A stretch of 64,000 nucleotides of DNA. Origin: an uncultured delta proteobacterium (lineage in GTDB: Bacteria > Desulfobacterota > Binatia > UBA9968). The translations under genes and the position numbers were made by a program. Under the pieces are notes generated by a model. The model was given only the letters and a program-made list of their open reading frames with translations, made no database searches and was not told the DNA's origin. Position 1 is the first letter of the stretch. Each line of letters starts with the position of its first letter. Shown here one piece after another: positions 1 to 9,981 of the stretch. The stretch is from assembly GCA_963755715.1 (NCBI GenBank), contig CAVWLW010000032.1:22564-86563 (forward strand), read 5' to 3'.

Positions 1-84
1 GGCAAAATATACCGATGAGGAGCGCCATCACCGCCGGGTGGCGAAAATCAAAGCGCTGGAGCAGCGCTATGGCAAAACGATTTG
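1..84 (+). CDS. 3' end of an unidentified upstream gene (partial)
   Basis: Open frame running in from the window edge (…AKYTDEERHHRRVAKIKALEQRYGKTI*). No recognisable family. Confidence 0.3.
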
Positions 85-237
85 ATGCAGAGGCAGTATC
101 GCGCTGATAAAAGTTTTCCGGTATGTCGTTCTGAATGTAGTAAGAATCTCGACCGACGAATTTGCTCCAAAAAGTCGAGATCCTTCGGCTTCGCCGAAGG
201 ATAACAAGGCGACACCGTCTCTTGAGGGAGAGATATA

Positions 238-2997
238 ATGAATCCTTTGAAAGAACTCGCGGAACAGGGACAATCGATATGGCTGGATTATATCCGGCGC
301 AACTTGATTCGGAGCGGTGAGCTCAAACGGCTGGTCGACGAAGACGGGCTGCGCGGCGTGACCAGCAATCCGACGATTTTCGACAAAGCGATTTCCGGCA
401 GTACCGATTACGACATGGCGCTGCGCGCGTTGCTCGCGGCCGATCCGCAAGCGCCGGTAGGAAATCTTTACGAAGCGTTGGCGATCGAGGATATTCAGAT
501 GGCGGCCGATGTGCTGCGACCGGTCTATGACGCGACTCACGGTGACGATGGCTACGTGAGCTTCGAAGTGTCGCCCCGTCTCGCGCACGACACCGAGCGC
601 ACGATCAACGAAGCCAAACGCTTGAGGGCCGCGGTTGACCGACCCAATGTGATGATCAAAGTACCGGCGACGCCCGCCGGCATTCCGGCCATCGAAGAGC
701 TGATCGCGGAAGGCGTCAGCGTCAACGTGACTTTGATGTTTTCGATGAGCCATTATGAAGCAGTCGCGCGCGCCTACATAAAAGGCTTGGAGCGCTGCGG
801 CGATCCAGGGCAGGTGGCTTCGGTGGCATCTTTTTTCGTCAGCCGCGTCGATACCATGGTAGACAAGGCGCTCGAAGAGACCGGCAACCCCGAGGCCAAA
901 GCATTGGAGGGAAAAATCGCCATCGCCAATTCGAAGGTCGTTTACCGGCGCTTTTTAGAGATTTTTCACGGCGAAGGATTTGCGGCGTTGCGCCAGCGCG
1001 GCGCGCGGGTGCAACGGCCGTTATGGGCGAGCACGGGAACGAAAAATCCCGCTTACTCGGACGTGCTCTACGTGGAAAATCTGATTGGATCGGAAACGGT
1101 GAATACCTTGCCGCCGGAAACGCTAAACGCGTTTCGCGATCATGGTAAAGTTCCCGGCGCGACCGTGAAGCAAGAATTGGCCGAGGCCGATGAGGTGCTC
1201 GCGCGTCTGGCGAATTTCGGCATCGATCTCAACGCCATTACCGAAAAGCTGCAGCACGATGGTGTTGCCGCTTTTGCCGCGTCCTTCGATCAATTGATGG
1301 CCGGTCTCGAAAAAAAGCGCCAATCGATGCTCGGCGCGGACCTGGATCGACTGGAGCTTCACCTCGGCTCTTACCAAAAGCGGATCGATCGCCGTTTGGC
1401 ACAATGGCAAAAGGACCAATTCGCGAGCCGGCTGTGGAAAAAAGATTACACGATTTGGTCCAAGGAGCCGCAGCCCGAGTTGATCGATCGCCTAGGCTGG
1501 TTGGAATTACCGGAGACGATGGCTAAGGAAGTCGGCGCGCTAACTGCCTTTGCCGACAAAGCCAAAGCGGACGGCATCAAACATGTTGTTCTCCTCGGCA
1601 TGGGCGGTTCAAGCTTGGCGCCGGAAGTTTTTCAACAGACATTTGGCAATGCCTCGGGTTATCCCGAACTGCACGTGCTCGACAGCACCCATCCGGCGGC
1701 GGTGAAGGCGGTCGAAGCCCGTGTCGATTTGGCACACACCTTATTCCTCGTGTCGAGCAAGTCGGGGACGACGACCGAGACCAATTCTTTCTTCTATTAT
1801 TTCTGGGATAAGCTCAAACAAATTGAGAGCGAGCCCGGTTCGCACTTCGTCGCCATCACCGATCCGGGTACGCCGCTGGAAAAATTAGCCGCCGAAAGAC
1901 ATTTCCGCGCAACGTTCAACGCTCCGGAAGAAGTCGGCGGGCGCTATGCGGCGCTCACCGTCTTCGGCTTGGTGCCTGCGGCACTGATCGGCGTCGACGT
2001 CGGCGCGGTGCTGGCGCGCGCGCGGCGCATGAGCGAGGAGTGCGCGCCGACGACAGCGGAAAATCGCCATCCGGGTTTACTTCTCGGCGCTGCTTTAGGC
2101 GAGCTGGCGCTGGCGAAGCGGGATAAAGTGACTTTTTTGTGCTCGCCTTCGCTCTCGGCATTGCCGTCGTGGATCGAGCAATTGATCGCCGAGAGCACGG
2201 GGAAAGATAACAAAGGCATCGTACCGGTGGCCAACGAAAATTTAGCCGCGCCGGAAAATTACGGCGGCGATCGTTTCTTTGTTTATCTCCGTTTCGACGG
2301 CGATGAGAACCATTCCCTTGACCGTCAGGTGGCGGCGCTCGAAGCCAATGGTCACCCCGTTGCGCGGCTCGATTTGAAGGATAAAAGCGATCTCGGCCAG
2401 GAGTTTTTCCGCTGGGAATTTGCCGTAGCGGCGGCGGGCGCAGCGCTCGGCATTCATCCGTTCAACCAGCCCGACGTGCAGCTCGCCAAAGACTTGGCAA
2501 AGAAAGCGATGAGCGAGCCGGCCGACAAAGGAACGGGCAAGGCTAAAGACACGGTTTCGGTTGCCGATCGCGAAGCTTTGCGCAAGGCGGCTGAGTCTTG
2601 GATCGGCAAGAAAAAAGCGCGCGACTATGTCGCGGTGCAGGCGTACATCGATCCGTCGGTGGAAAACGCGGCGAAACTTCAGACGCTCCGTGCGTCGATC
2701 CTGCAGCGCCTGAGCGTTGCAACGACACTCGGCTTCGGCCCGCGTTTTCTCCACTCCACCGGACAACTGCACAAGGGCGGCCCGAACTCGGTGTTGGTGT
2801 TACAGATTGTCGACCAACCTACCGATCACCTAGCAGTGCCGGAGACGAACTACACCTTCGAGGCTTTGATTAAGGCGCAGGCGTTGGGCGATTTTTCAGC
2901 CATGAAGCAGCGGCGCCGGCGCGTGCTCAGAGTCAACCTGGGCAGCGATGCCGCGAGCGGTCTAAATTCATTGACTGAAGTTCTGCGTGCGGAATGA
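238..2997 (+). CDS. Bifunctional transaldolase / glucose-6-phosphate isomerase (Tal-Pgi fusion)
   Basis: 919-aa ORF. The N-terminal half has transaldolase signatures (TSNPTIF, KVPAT). The C-terminal half is PGI-like ([21 protein letters not shown]). A strong RBS (GGGAGAG) precedes the ATG. Confidence 0.9.
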   Translation: MNPLKELAEQGQSIWLDYIRRNLIRSGELKRLVDEDGLRGVTSNPTIFDKAISGSTDYDMALRALLAADPQAPVGNLYEALAIEDIQMAADVLRPVYDATHGDDGYVSFEVSPRLAHDTERTINEAKRLRAAVDRPNVMIKVPATPAGIPAIEELIAEGVSVNVTLMFSMSHYEAVARAYIKGLERCGDPGQVASVASFFVSRVDTMVDKALEETGNPEAKALEGKIAIANSKVVYRRFLEIFHGEGFAALRQRGARVQRPLWASTGTKNPAYSDVLYVENLIGSETVNTLPPETLNAFRDHGKVPGATVKQELAEADEVLARLANFGIDLNAITEKLQHDGVAAFAASFDQLMAGLEKKRQSMLGADLDRLELHLGSYQKRIDRRLAQWQKDQFASRLWKKDYTIWSKEPQPELIDRLGWLELPETMAKEVGALTAFADKAKADGIKHVVLLGMGGSSLAPEVFQQTFGNASGYPELHVLDSTHPAAVKAVEARVDLAHTLFLVSSKSGTTTETNSFFYYFWDKLKQIESEPGSHFVAITDPGTPLEKLAAERHFRATFNAPEEVGGRYAALTVFGLVPAALIGVDVGAVLARARRMSEECAPTTAENRHPGLLLGAALGELALAKRDKVTFLCSPSLSALPSWIEQLIAESTGKDNKGIVPVANENLAAPENYGGDRFFVYLRFDGDENHSLDRQVAALEANGHPVARLDLKDKSDLGQEFFRWEFAVAAAGAALGIHPFNQPDVQLAKDLAKKAMSEPADKGTGKAKDTVSVADREALRKAAESWIGKKKARDYVAVQAYIDPSVENAAKLQTLRASILQRLSVATTLGFGPRFLHSTGQLHKGGPNSVLVLQIVDQPTDHLAVPETNYTFEALIKAQALGDFSAMKQRRRRVLRVNLGSDAASGLNSLTEVLRAE

Positions 2998-3022
2998 CTT
3001 GTCCGCGGAAGGAAAAACGACG

Positions 3023-3255
3023 ATGGAACTGGGAATAATCGGCTTGGTCGGATGGGCGCCAACATGACCGAGCGTCTCGTCCTCGGCGGCCATCGGCTGA
3101 TCAGTTTCGACCGAAGTCCGGAGGCGGTACAGCGAGTCGTCGACGAGGGCGCGCTCTTCGCCCGCTTTACGTCGCGCCAGGAAGACTCGTTCTCGGCGAA
3201 AGTGATCGCCGCGCTGCGCAACGAATTCGGCGGTCACGCGGTGAAGAAAGGTTAG
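3023..3255 (+). pseudogene. gnd: 6-phosphogluconate dehydrogenase (YqeC-like short form) remnant with an internal deletion and a 1-nt frameshift
   Basis: MELGIIGL(G)RMGANMTERLVLGGHRLISFDRSPEAVQRVVDEGA matches the 6PGDH N-terminal Rossmann segment. It is fused directly to the family C-terminus (…SAKVIAALRNEFGGHAVKKG*). About 230 aa of core is missing. One missing g after GGCTTGG shifts the frame. Confidence 0.6.
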
Positions 3256-3261
3256 TGGCTC

Positions 3262-4809
3262 ATGGCCAGCGATAGCGATCCGCATGAATATCTAGGAGAC
3301 GGACTTGGCTCGGCAAAGAAGCCGCATGCCTGCGTGCTGGTGATTTTCGGCGCGTCGGGCGATCTCACCAAACGCAAGCTCATTCCCGCGCTTTATAATC
3401 TCGCGCTCGAGAAGCGCTTGCCCGAGCGCTTTGCCGTGGTCGGCTATGCGCGCAGCGAAATGACCGATGAGTCGTTCCGCGACAAAATGCGCGAAGCGGT
3501 CAAAGAGTTTTCGCGCACCGGGTTGAAGGACGACGTCTGGCAGCAGTTCGCCAACACGCTGTATTACGTGCGGGGAGGCTACGAAGAAAACGATGGCTAC
3601 CAGAGCCTTAAAGAATTTGTCGACGGCTTCGATCGTGGCAGCAGAGTTCTACCAGCGCGAGTTTTCTATTTGGCGACCCCGCCGGATCTCTATGGGAAAG
3701 TGATCGAGAGCATTGCCACGGCGGGATTGGCGCCGAAGGACACCGATGGCGAGCCGCGAACGCGAGTGGTAATCGAAAAGCCGTTCGGCACCGACTTGCA
3801 AACCGCGCGCGAGCTCAATCGCCGAATTCACGAATTCTTGGATGAGCGGCAAATTTACCGGATCGATCATTATCTTGGCAAAGAAACCGTGCAGAACATC
3901 ATGGTGTTCCGTTTCGCCAACGCGGTGTTCGAGCCGATCTGGAATCGACGCTACGTCGACCACGTGCAAATCACTGCGGCGGAATCGGTGGGCGTGGAGA
4001 ACCGCGGTGGCTATTACGAACAAGCCGGCGTGGTGCGCGATATGTTTCAAAACCATTTGCTGCAGCTGCTCTGCATGACGGCGATGGAGCCGCCGGTGGG
4101 TCTCGATGCCGACTCGGTGCGCGATGAGAAAGGTAAGCTGCTCAAGTCGGTTCGTCCCGTAGCGTCGGAGGAAGTCGCGGCGGCGGCGGTGCGCGGTCAA
4201 TACGGCCCCGGCAAGATGGACGGTCAGGAAGGGGTCGGCTATCGACAAGAGCCCGGCGTCGCTAAAAATTCAACGACCGTGACCTACGCGGCGATCCGGT
4301 TCTTCATTGATAACTGGCGCTGGGAAGGCGTGCCGTTTTATCTGCGCTCGGGCAAGCGCTTGGCCAAGCGCGTCTCCGAAATCGCCATCCAGTTTAAGCG
4401 CCCGCCGATGCTGTTGTTCAAGTCTCACGCCGTGGAAGACGTCAACCCCAACGTGCTGGTCATGCGCATTCAGCCCGATGAGGGAGTCTCTTTGACCTTT
4501 GAAGTCAAGCCGCCCGGACATGACATGATTATAAAACCGCTGAGCCTCGATTTTAATTATGAGGAAGCCTTCGGTAACAGCCCGCCGGAGGCGTACGAAA
4601 CGCTTCTGGAGGACTGCATCGAGGGCGATTCGACGTTGTTCACGCGGCATGATTGGGTGGAGTTGGCTTGGTCGCTCGTGGATCCGATTATTCAGGTCTG
4701 GAATCTGAGCAGGCCGAGAAATTTTCCAAACTATGAGGCCGGTTCCTGGGGGCCCAAAGAAGCCGACGATTTCATGGCGCGCGAGGGCCGGCGCTGGCGC
4801 CGGCCGTAG
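3262..4809 (+). CDS. zwf: Glucose-6-phosphate 1-dehydrogenase
   Basis: 515 aa. Carries the G6PD signatures GASGDLTKRKLIPALYNL and RIDHYLGKE. Confidence 0.92.
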   Translation: MASDSDPHEYLGDGLGSAKKPHACVLVIFGASGDLTKRKLIPALYNLALEKRLPERFAVVGYARSEMTDESFRDKMREAVKEFSRTGLKDDVWQQFANTLYYVRGGYEENDGYQSLKEFVDGFDRGSRVLPARVFYLATPPDLYGKVIESIATAGLAPKDTDGEPRTRVVIEKPFGTDLQTARELNRRIHEFLDERQIYRIDHYLGKETVQNIMVFRFANAVFEPIWNRRYVDHVQITAAESVGVENRGGYYEQAGVVRDMFQNHLLQLLCMTAMEPPVGLDADSVRDEKGKLLKSVRPVASEEVAAAAVRGQYGPGKMDGQEGVGYRQEPGVAKNSTTVTYAAIRFFIDNWRWEGVPFYLRSGKRLAKRVSEIAIQFKRPPMLLFKSHAVEDVNPNVLVMRIQPDEGVSLTFEVKPPGHDMIIKPLSLDFNYEEAFGNSPPEAYETLLEDCIEGDSTLFTRHDWVELAWSLVDPIIQVWNLSRPRNFPNYEAGSWGPKEADDFMAREGRRWRRP

Positions 4810-4834
4810 AGGCAAGAAAAAATTCGAGCTCACC

Positions 4835-4905
4835 ACGAAGGTCACGAAGGGTTCGGATATTATTGGTTCCTGGCTTCGTGCTCTTCGTGTCCTTCGTGGT
4901 CAGAA
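4835..4905. repeat. Long hairpin built from repeated CACGAAGG / CCTTCGTG units in the zwf-glk spacer
   Basis: ACCACGAAGGtCACGAAGG … CTTCGTGctCTTCGTGtCCTTCGTGGT. The arms are reverse-complementary. It may act as a terminator, attenuator or REP-like element. Confidence 0.45.
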
Positions 4906-4912
4906 GTGAACC

Positions 4913-5914
4913 ATGGCTCATAGAAATCTCGTTCTCGCGGGCGATATCGGCGGCACCAAGACCAATCTCGCGCTGTTTTCCGTGCACGGCGACAAGCTGC
5001 GCTCCGAGTCCCAGCGCAATTTTCCGAGCAAGCGTTACTCCGGTTTGATCCCGGTTGTGCAGGAATTTCTCGCCGGCGGCGATCACGCGATCGATGCCGC
5101 GTGCTTCGGCATCGCCGGTCCGGTGGTCGACGGCAAAGTCAAGACCCCCAACCTTCCCTGGATGCTCGACACGGCGGAATTGCGCCACGCGCTCAAGCTC
5201 GATGCGGTCACCTTGCTGAACGATCTCGAAGCAGGCGCCTACGGCATCTTCACGCTCGAGAACGATGAATTTTACACTTTGAATGAAGGCACGATGCGCC
5301 AAGCCGGAAACAAGGCGCTGATCGCCGCCGGCACCGGCTTGGGGCAAGCGATCTTGCACGATGACGGGCACCATTTTCATCCGTTGGCATCCGAAGGCGG
5401 CCACGCCGATTTCGCGCCGCGCAATGAATTGGAAATCGAGCTGCTGCGCTATTTGCTCGCGCGGTTTGGTCACGTAAGTTATGAAAGAGTGGTATCGGGG
5501 CCCGGACTGCTCAATATTTACCGATTTCTCAAGGACGCGCGCGGGCTCGAAGAGCCGGCGTGGCTGACCGAGCGGCTCGCGGCCGCGGATGATCCAAGCG
5601 CGGTGATTTCACAGGCGGCGTTGGCTAAAGAAGCGGAGATTTGCGTCGAGGCATTGAATCTCTTCGTGACGGTTTACGGCGCGGAGGCGGGCAATCTCGC
5701 GCTGCGCGCGAAAGCGGTGCGCGGGCTTTACGTCGGCGGCGGCATCGCGCCGAAGATCCTCGACAAGCTCAAAGACGGCACATTCATGAAAGCTTTCGTC
5801 GATAAGGGGCGGTACACGGATCTTTTGGCGGCGACACCGGTTCAGGTCATTTTGAATCCGCAAGCCGCCTTGCGCGGCGCCGCTTACTACGCGGCGTTTC
5901 TTGCCCGTGATTAA
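4913..5914 (+). CDS. glk: Glucokinase (Glk family)
   Basis: 333 aa. N-terminus [17 protein letters not shown], then typical Glk-family core motifs. Confidence 0.85.
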   Translation: MAHRNLVLAGDIGGTKTNLALFSVHGDKLRSESQRNFPSKRYSGLIPVVQEFLAGGDHAIDAACFGIAGPVVDGKVKTPNLPWMLDTAELRHALKLDAVTLLNDLEAGAYGIFTLENDEFYTLNEGTMRQAGNKALIAAGTGLGQAILHDDGHHFHPLASEGGHADFAPRNELEIELLRYLLARFGHVSYERVVSGPGLLNIYRFLKDARGLEEPAWLTERLAAADDPSAVISQAALAKEAEICVEALNLFVTVYGAEAGNLALRAKAVRGLYVGGGIAPKILDKLKDGTFMKAFVDKGRYTDLLAATPVQVILNPQAALRGAAYYAAFLARD

Positions 5915-6548
5915 ACGCGACATCATTATTTGCCACGACGCTGATGAGCTGGCGCGAAAGGCGGCGGAACAGTTTGTTTCTCTCGCCGACGCCGCGATCG
6001 CCCGATCCGGACGATTTACCGTGGCACTGTCAGGCGGATCGACGCCGCGGGCATCTCTTTTGGGGTGATGAGCGCTGCGTGCCGCCGGATCACGCCGAGA
6101 GTAATTACCGCATGGTTCAGGAGGCGCTGCTGTCGAGAATCAGCATTCCAGCCGGAGAATATTCACCGCATGGCGGGCGAAAAGGAGCCGCGCGTAGCGG
6201 CGAATGAGTACGAAGAGGAATTACGCAGGTTCTTTGCTTTGCGCCGGCCAGTACGGCCTCGCTGCTTTTCCCGGCGGCGCGGCGCTCAATCAAAATGAAC
6301 GTCTGGTGGCAACTGCTTACGTCGAAAGACTCAGAGCCCACCGCCTGACGCTGACTTTGCCGGTCATCAACGCTGCGGCGCAGGTTACCTTCCTGATTGC
6401 CGGGCAGAGCAAGCGCGCCATCGTGAACGAGATCTTGCGGTCGGACGCCGACTCATTCAAGTATCCCGCTGCGCGGGTGAGCCCAAGCGACGGACAACTG
6501 ACCTGGTTGATCACCGCTGACGCCATGGAAAATTTGCCGATTCGATAA
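5908..6548 (+). pseudogene. pgl: 6-phosphogluconolactonase, disrupted by at least three frameshifts
   Basis: The GTG start overlaps the glk stop. Frame 1 has …[12 protein letters not shown]. Frame 2 has [28 protein letters not shown]. Frame 3 has …[12 protein letters not shown]…. Frame 4 has …FPGGAALNQNERLVATAYV…TFLIAGQSKRAIVNEIL… through to the stop. All pieces align to the DevB/Pgl family in order. Confidence 0.75.
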
Positions 6549-6619
6549 AAGCTTCAATCGAATCCCCGCGGCACGAGCTAGAGTTGCCAGAAATTATCTG
6601 TCAGTGAAGGGAGCGCGCT

Positions 6620-7342
6620 ATGAGCGGCTATAACTACGAGAGCTTCGGACAGTGCGATATCGATGCCCCGGATTTTTGGGCAGTTGCCACGATCGGGACG
6701 AAGGCGCCGGATTTTAACTTGGCGGATCTCGACGGCAATCTGGTTTCGCTGTCGTCGTTTGCCGGCAAGAAGCATGTGTTGTTGGAATTCGGCAGCATCA
6801 CGTGACCGCCGTTTGTGGGGGAGGTTCCTCCGCTGACCAAACTCTACCGCGAGTATCGGACGGCAAATTTTCAGTTCTTCATCGTTTACGCCCGCGAAGC
6901 TCATCCCGGGGAAAACTATCCGCACCATACTTCATTGGAACAAAAGCTGGCGCACGCTCGCACGCTGCGCGACTTGGAGCAGATCCAGGAAATTCCGATT
7001 CTCGTCGACGATTTCGCCGGGACAATGCATCGCGCTTACGGCCTCCTGCCGAATATGACCTATCTGATCGACCGCGACGGTATTGTCGTTTACAAGTCCG
7101 ATTGGGGCGATGCGCAGGAAATCGATGGCGTGTGCGCAGCCTCGTCCGACGTCGACGAAATGAAGGCGAATAACGTACCGATCATTCGCCAGGGAATTTC
7201 CCAGCGACTCCACTGGATTCCTATGGACCCCGTGCAGCGCGAACGGGTTTACCGGCGCTCGGGAGAAAAAGCGATTCGCGATTATTTGAACGCGCGCGGC
7301 AGCTTGCCTTACGCGACCGATGCGGAGAAGGCTAAGCGGTAA
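6620..7342 (+). CDS. Iodothyronine-deiodinase-like thioredoxin-fold selenoprotein (in-frame UGA at 6803-6805 read as Sec)
   Basis: ORFs 6620..6805 and 6815..7342 are in the same frame, separated only by TGA. The joined sequence is …KAPDFNLADLDGNLVSLSSFAGKKHVLLEFGSIT-U-PPFVGEVPPLTKLYREYRTANFQFFIVYAREAHPGENYP…. This matches the deiodinase active-site signature FGSxTUPPF and the downstream (V)YIxEAH motif. Confidence 0.75.
6811..6840 (+). ncRNA. Candidate bacterial SECIS hairpin for the deiodinase-like gene
   Basis: GUUUGuGGGGGAGGuuCCUCCgcugacCAAAC begins 6 nt 3' of the UGA. It has a GGAGG/CCUCC inner stem, a G/U-containing apical loop and a GUUUG/CAAAC outer stem. Confidence 0.4.
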
Positions 7343-7466
7343 GAAGAAAGCGCTAAGAGTGTTCGAGTATTGGGCGAAAATTAAATTTTGCTCTAGCTCG
7401 CAAAGTCCGCTCTGGATCGCGCAGAAAGCGGCTGTTTGAGAAACACGGGCTCGACGCCGAGTTGCT

Positions 7467-8066
7467 TTACGTCGCTATTTGATCTTGACCAGTTGCTGGT
7501 GAATCTGCTGCGTTCGACGGGCGTTTCTTGTAATCGACCTCGATAAATTTCCAACGCACGACGCCCTTCGGATCGACGATGAACGTCGATGGATGCGGCC
7601 AGCCCTTGCCGTCGGGGTTGAAGACACCGTAGCGGTTGATCACCTTGTGATCTTTATCTTCGAGCAGCGGAAAATCGAACTCGCCGTCGAACCGTTTGCT
7701 CAGCATTTCGCCGAATTTTTTCGACTCCTCGTGGGTGTCGACGCTGACCGCGAGGATTTGCACTTTCTCTTTTTCCTGCTTCGACAATAAACTTTTCAGC
7801 TTCCCGAGCTGTTCCATGCAGAAGGGTCACCAGTAGCCGCGATAGAAAACCAAGACGACGGTCTTCTTGTCGCGGAACTCCGATAACGCGATGGTCTTGC
7901 CGCCGGCATCTTCGAGGGAAAAATCCGGCGCCGGCTGCCCGACTTTGATGCGGTTTAGATCGGTCGGACTCAGATCGGCGCCGTCTTTCGGCCCCAATTG
8001 AGCGAGCACGGTGGTGCTTGAGAGCAAGATTGCAAAAAACGCAGCCAGGAAAAATCTTATTCCCAT
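7467..8066 (-). CDS. Secreted peroxiredoxin/AhpC-TSA-like thiol:disulfide oxidoreductase selenoprotein (in-frame UGA at 7827-7829, motif W-U-P-F-C)
   Basis: ORFs 7827..8066 and 7467..7817 share a frame and are separated by a single TGA. The joined sequence is a signal peptide (MGIRFFLAAFFAILLSSTTVLA) followed by …GQPAPDFSLEDAGGKTIALSEFRDKKTVVLVFYRGYW-U-PFCMEQLGKL…FPLLEDKDHKVINRYGV…STFIVDPKGVV…. The Prx fold is conserved and Sec replaces the first Cys of CxxC. Confidence 0.75.
7795..7815 (-). ncRNA. Candidate SECIS hairpin for the Prx-like selenoprotein
   Basis: On the mRNA, CAGCUcgggaAGCUG starts about 15 nt 3' of the UGA. It has a 5-bp stem and a GG-containing loop. Longer-range CUUCUGC/GCAGGAAG pairing is possible. 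Confidence 0.35.
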
Positions 8067-8094
8067 GAAAGAGCTCCTTTAAGCGGATTTAACG

Positions 8095-8970
8095 TCAATC
8101 CATGCCGTCAGTTCCGGTCATCCTAGAGCCGCGTGGCGTCGGCGCGGTCCGGCTTACGTAAGGATCGAACCTGCGCTGGGCAAGATAGCGAAACAGATTG
8201 GGCATATGACGCTTGAATGCGCACAAAAGTGCCAACCATCGTGGCAGGATCACTTCGAACTTGTTTTTCTCGATGGCTTTGATGACTTCACGGCAAACGG
8301 CTTCGGTAGTCACGATCAATTTCGCGGGTGATTTGGGCTCGCTGTCGCGAAAATCGCGATTGAACTCGGTCTGCACCGGGCCGGGACAGATCATCGAAAC
8401 GTTGACTCCCAACGGTTTCAGCTCGTAGTAGAGGCTCTCCGACCAGCCGTTCATCGCGAACTTGGAGCCGCAGTAGGCCGCCATGTTGAGCGTGCCGATT
8501 TTTCCTGCAACGGAAGAGATATTGACAATGTGACCGGCGCCTCTGGCGATCATGGACGGCAACACTTCGTGCGCGCAATAGACCGCGCCGAGAAAGTTCG
8601 TGCGCATGATTTCTTCAACAGTCTCGAGCGGCATGTCGACAAAGGGCTGGCGCATGCCGACACCGGCGTTATTGATCAAAATATCGATCTTGCCGTAATC
8701 GGCGAGGACCTTGGCCATCATGCCGCGCACTTGCTCGGCATCGCCGACGTCGCAGCCGATCATCACGGAACGCGGACTGGCGCGGCGCACTTCGACCAGG
8801 ACTTCTTTCAGGCGCGGAATCGAGCGGCCGCAGCCGGCGACGATGGCGCCGCGCGTGGCAAGATCAACGGCGAGCTGACGGCCGATGCCGTTCGAAGCGC
8901 CGGTGATGAGGATGACTTGATTGGTAAATTGCATCGTGCGTTTTCGCCGCCTTGAATAATTCAGCCACAT
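8095..8970 (-). CDS. Short-chain dehydrogenase/reductase (SDR family)
   Basis: TGASNGIGRQLA Rossmann motif and the SDR catalytic region (…SSVAG…YCGSKFA…). Confidence 0.85.
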   Translation of the reverse strand: MWLNYSRRRKRTMQFTNQVILITGASNGIGRQLAVDLATRGAIVAGCGRSIPRLKEVLVEVRRASPRSVMIGCDVGDAEQVRGMMAKVLADYGKIDILINNAGVGMRQPFVDMPLETVEEIMRTNFLGAVYCAHEVLPSMIARGAGHIVNISSVAGKIGTLNMAAYCGSKFAMNGWSESLYYELKPLGVNVSMICPGPVQTEFNRDFRDSEPKSPAKLIVTTEAVCREVIKAIEKNKFEVILPRWLALLCAFKRHMPNLFRYLAQRRFDPYVSRTAPTPRGSRMTGTDGMD

Positions 8971-8982
8971 TAAAAGGCAAAA

Positions 8983-9894
8983 TCAAAGTGGCGCGCAGGC
9001 TTGGAGGGCTGGCTCGAGAGTCGGATAGCGAAACCGATAACCCGATTTTTCGGCGACGGCGGGAATCACGCGTTGCCCGGTGAGCAGCATCTCCGCCATA
9101 TCGCCCAACGCCATCCTCAGGGCGAATCCGGGGACGGTGGCCCAACAGGGCCGGTGCATCACTTTAGCCAGGGTTTGGCAAAACTCCTTGTTGCGCACCG
9201 GAGTGGGCGCGGTGGCGTTGACGGGGCCCGCCGTCCGGGGATCGTCGATCGTCTGCACGATCAAGCCGACGAGATCCTCTAAATGGATCCACGACATCCA
9301 TTGTTGTCCCGAGCCGAGCGCGCCGCCGACGAAATATTTAAATGGCAGGGCCATTTTTCCCAACGCGCCGCCGCCGTGACCGAGGACGATACCGATGCGC
9401 AGGCGCACGACGCGCATGCCTAGTTCCTCGGCTTTCTTCGCTTCTTCCTCCCAGTCGCGGCAGAGCACACTCAGAAAATCATCTCCCGGTGCGATTTCTT
9501 CGGTGATCATTTCATCGCCATGGGGGCCGTAGTAGCCGACGGCCGATGCGTTGATCAAGAACTGCGGTCGCTGCTTGGCTTTGGCGCAGGCCTGAACGAG
9601 ACTATGCGTGGCGTCGATACGGCTTTTCTCAATGCGTCGCCGTTGGGTTGGAGTCCACTTTTTCTCCGCGATCGGTTCGCCGGCGAGGTTGATCACCCCA
9701 TCGGCGCCGTCCAAAGCGACGTCCCACTCTCTGAGCGTGCCCGGCGTCCAATGCAGCCAGCGTTTGGTCCCGGTGTTGGCGTCGCGCGGCGAACCGCGGG
9801 TAAACAAGATCAATGCATGACCTTGCTCTAAGAGCTTGTCGCATAAGGCCCTGCCAATAAAGCCCGTTGCGCCTGTAATCACCAACCTCATCAA
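8983..9894 (-). CDS. NAD-dependent epimerase/dehydratase-family protein (TIGR01777/YfcH-like)
   Basis: MMRLVITGATGFIGRALCDKLLEQGH… N-terminus and an overall SDR39U1-like layout. Confidence 0.7.
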   Translation of the reverse strand: MMRLVITGATGFIGRALCDKLLEQGHALILFTRGSPRDANTGTKRWLHWTPGTLREWDVALDGADGVINLAGEPIAEKKWTPTQRRRIEKSRIDATHSLVQACAKAKQRPQFLINASAVGYYGPHGDEMITEEIAPGDDFLSVLCRDWEEEAKKAEELGMRVVRLRIGIVLGHGGGALGKMALPFKYFVGGALGSGQQWMSWIHLEDLVGLIVQTIDDPRTAGPVNATAPTPVRNKEFCQTLAKVMHRPCWATVPGFALRMALGDMAEMLLTGQRVIPAVAEKSGYRFRYPTLEPALQACAPL

Positions 9895-9981
9895 CGCCTC
9901 TCCGTACGCCCTATGACTTAACGGCTCTCCGGATGAATGTTATGCTTTCAGATGAAACTATTTCCGCTCTGAAGAGTCAAG

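Noticed and set aside
67-753. 228-aa minus-strand ORF
   Set aside because: Entirely antisense to the well-supported tal-pgi gene. Arg/His-rich translation typical of a high-GC antisense artefact.
3649-4248. 199-aa minus-strand ORF
   Set aside because: Antisense to zwf. No family resemblance.
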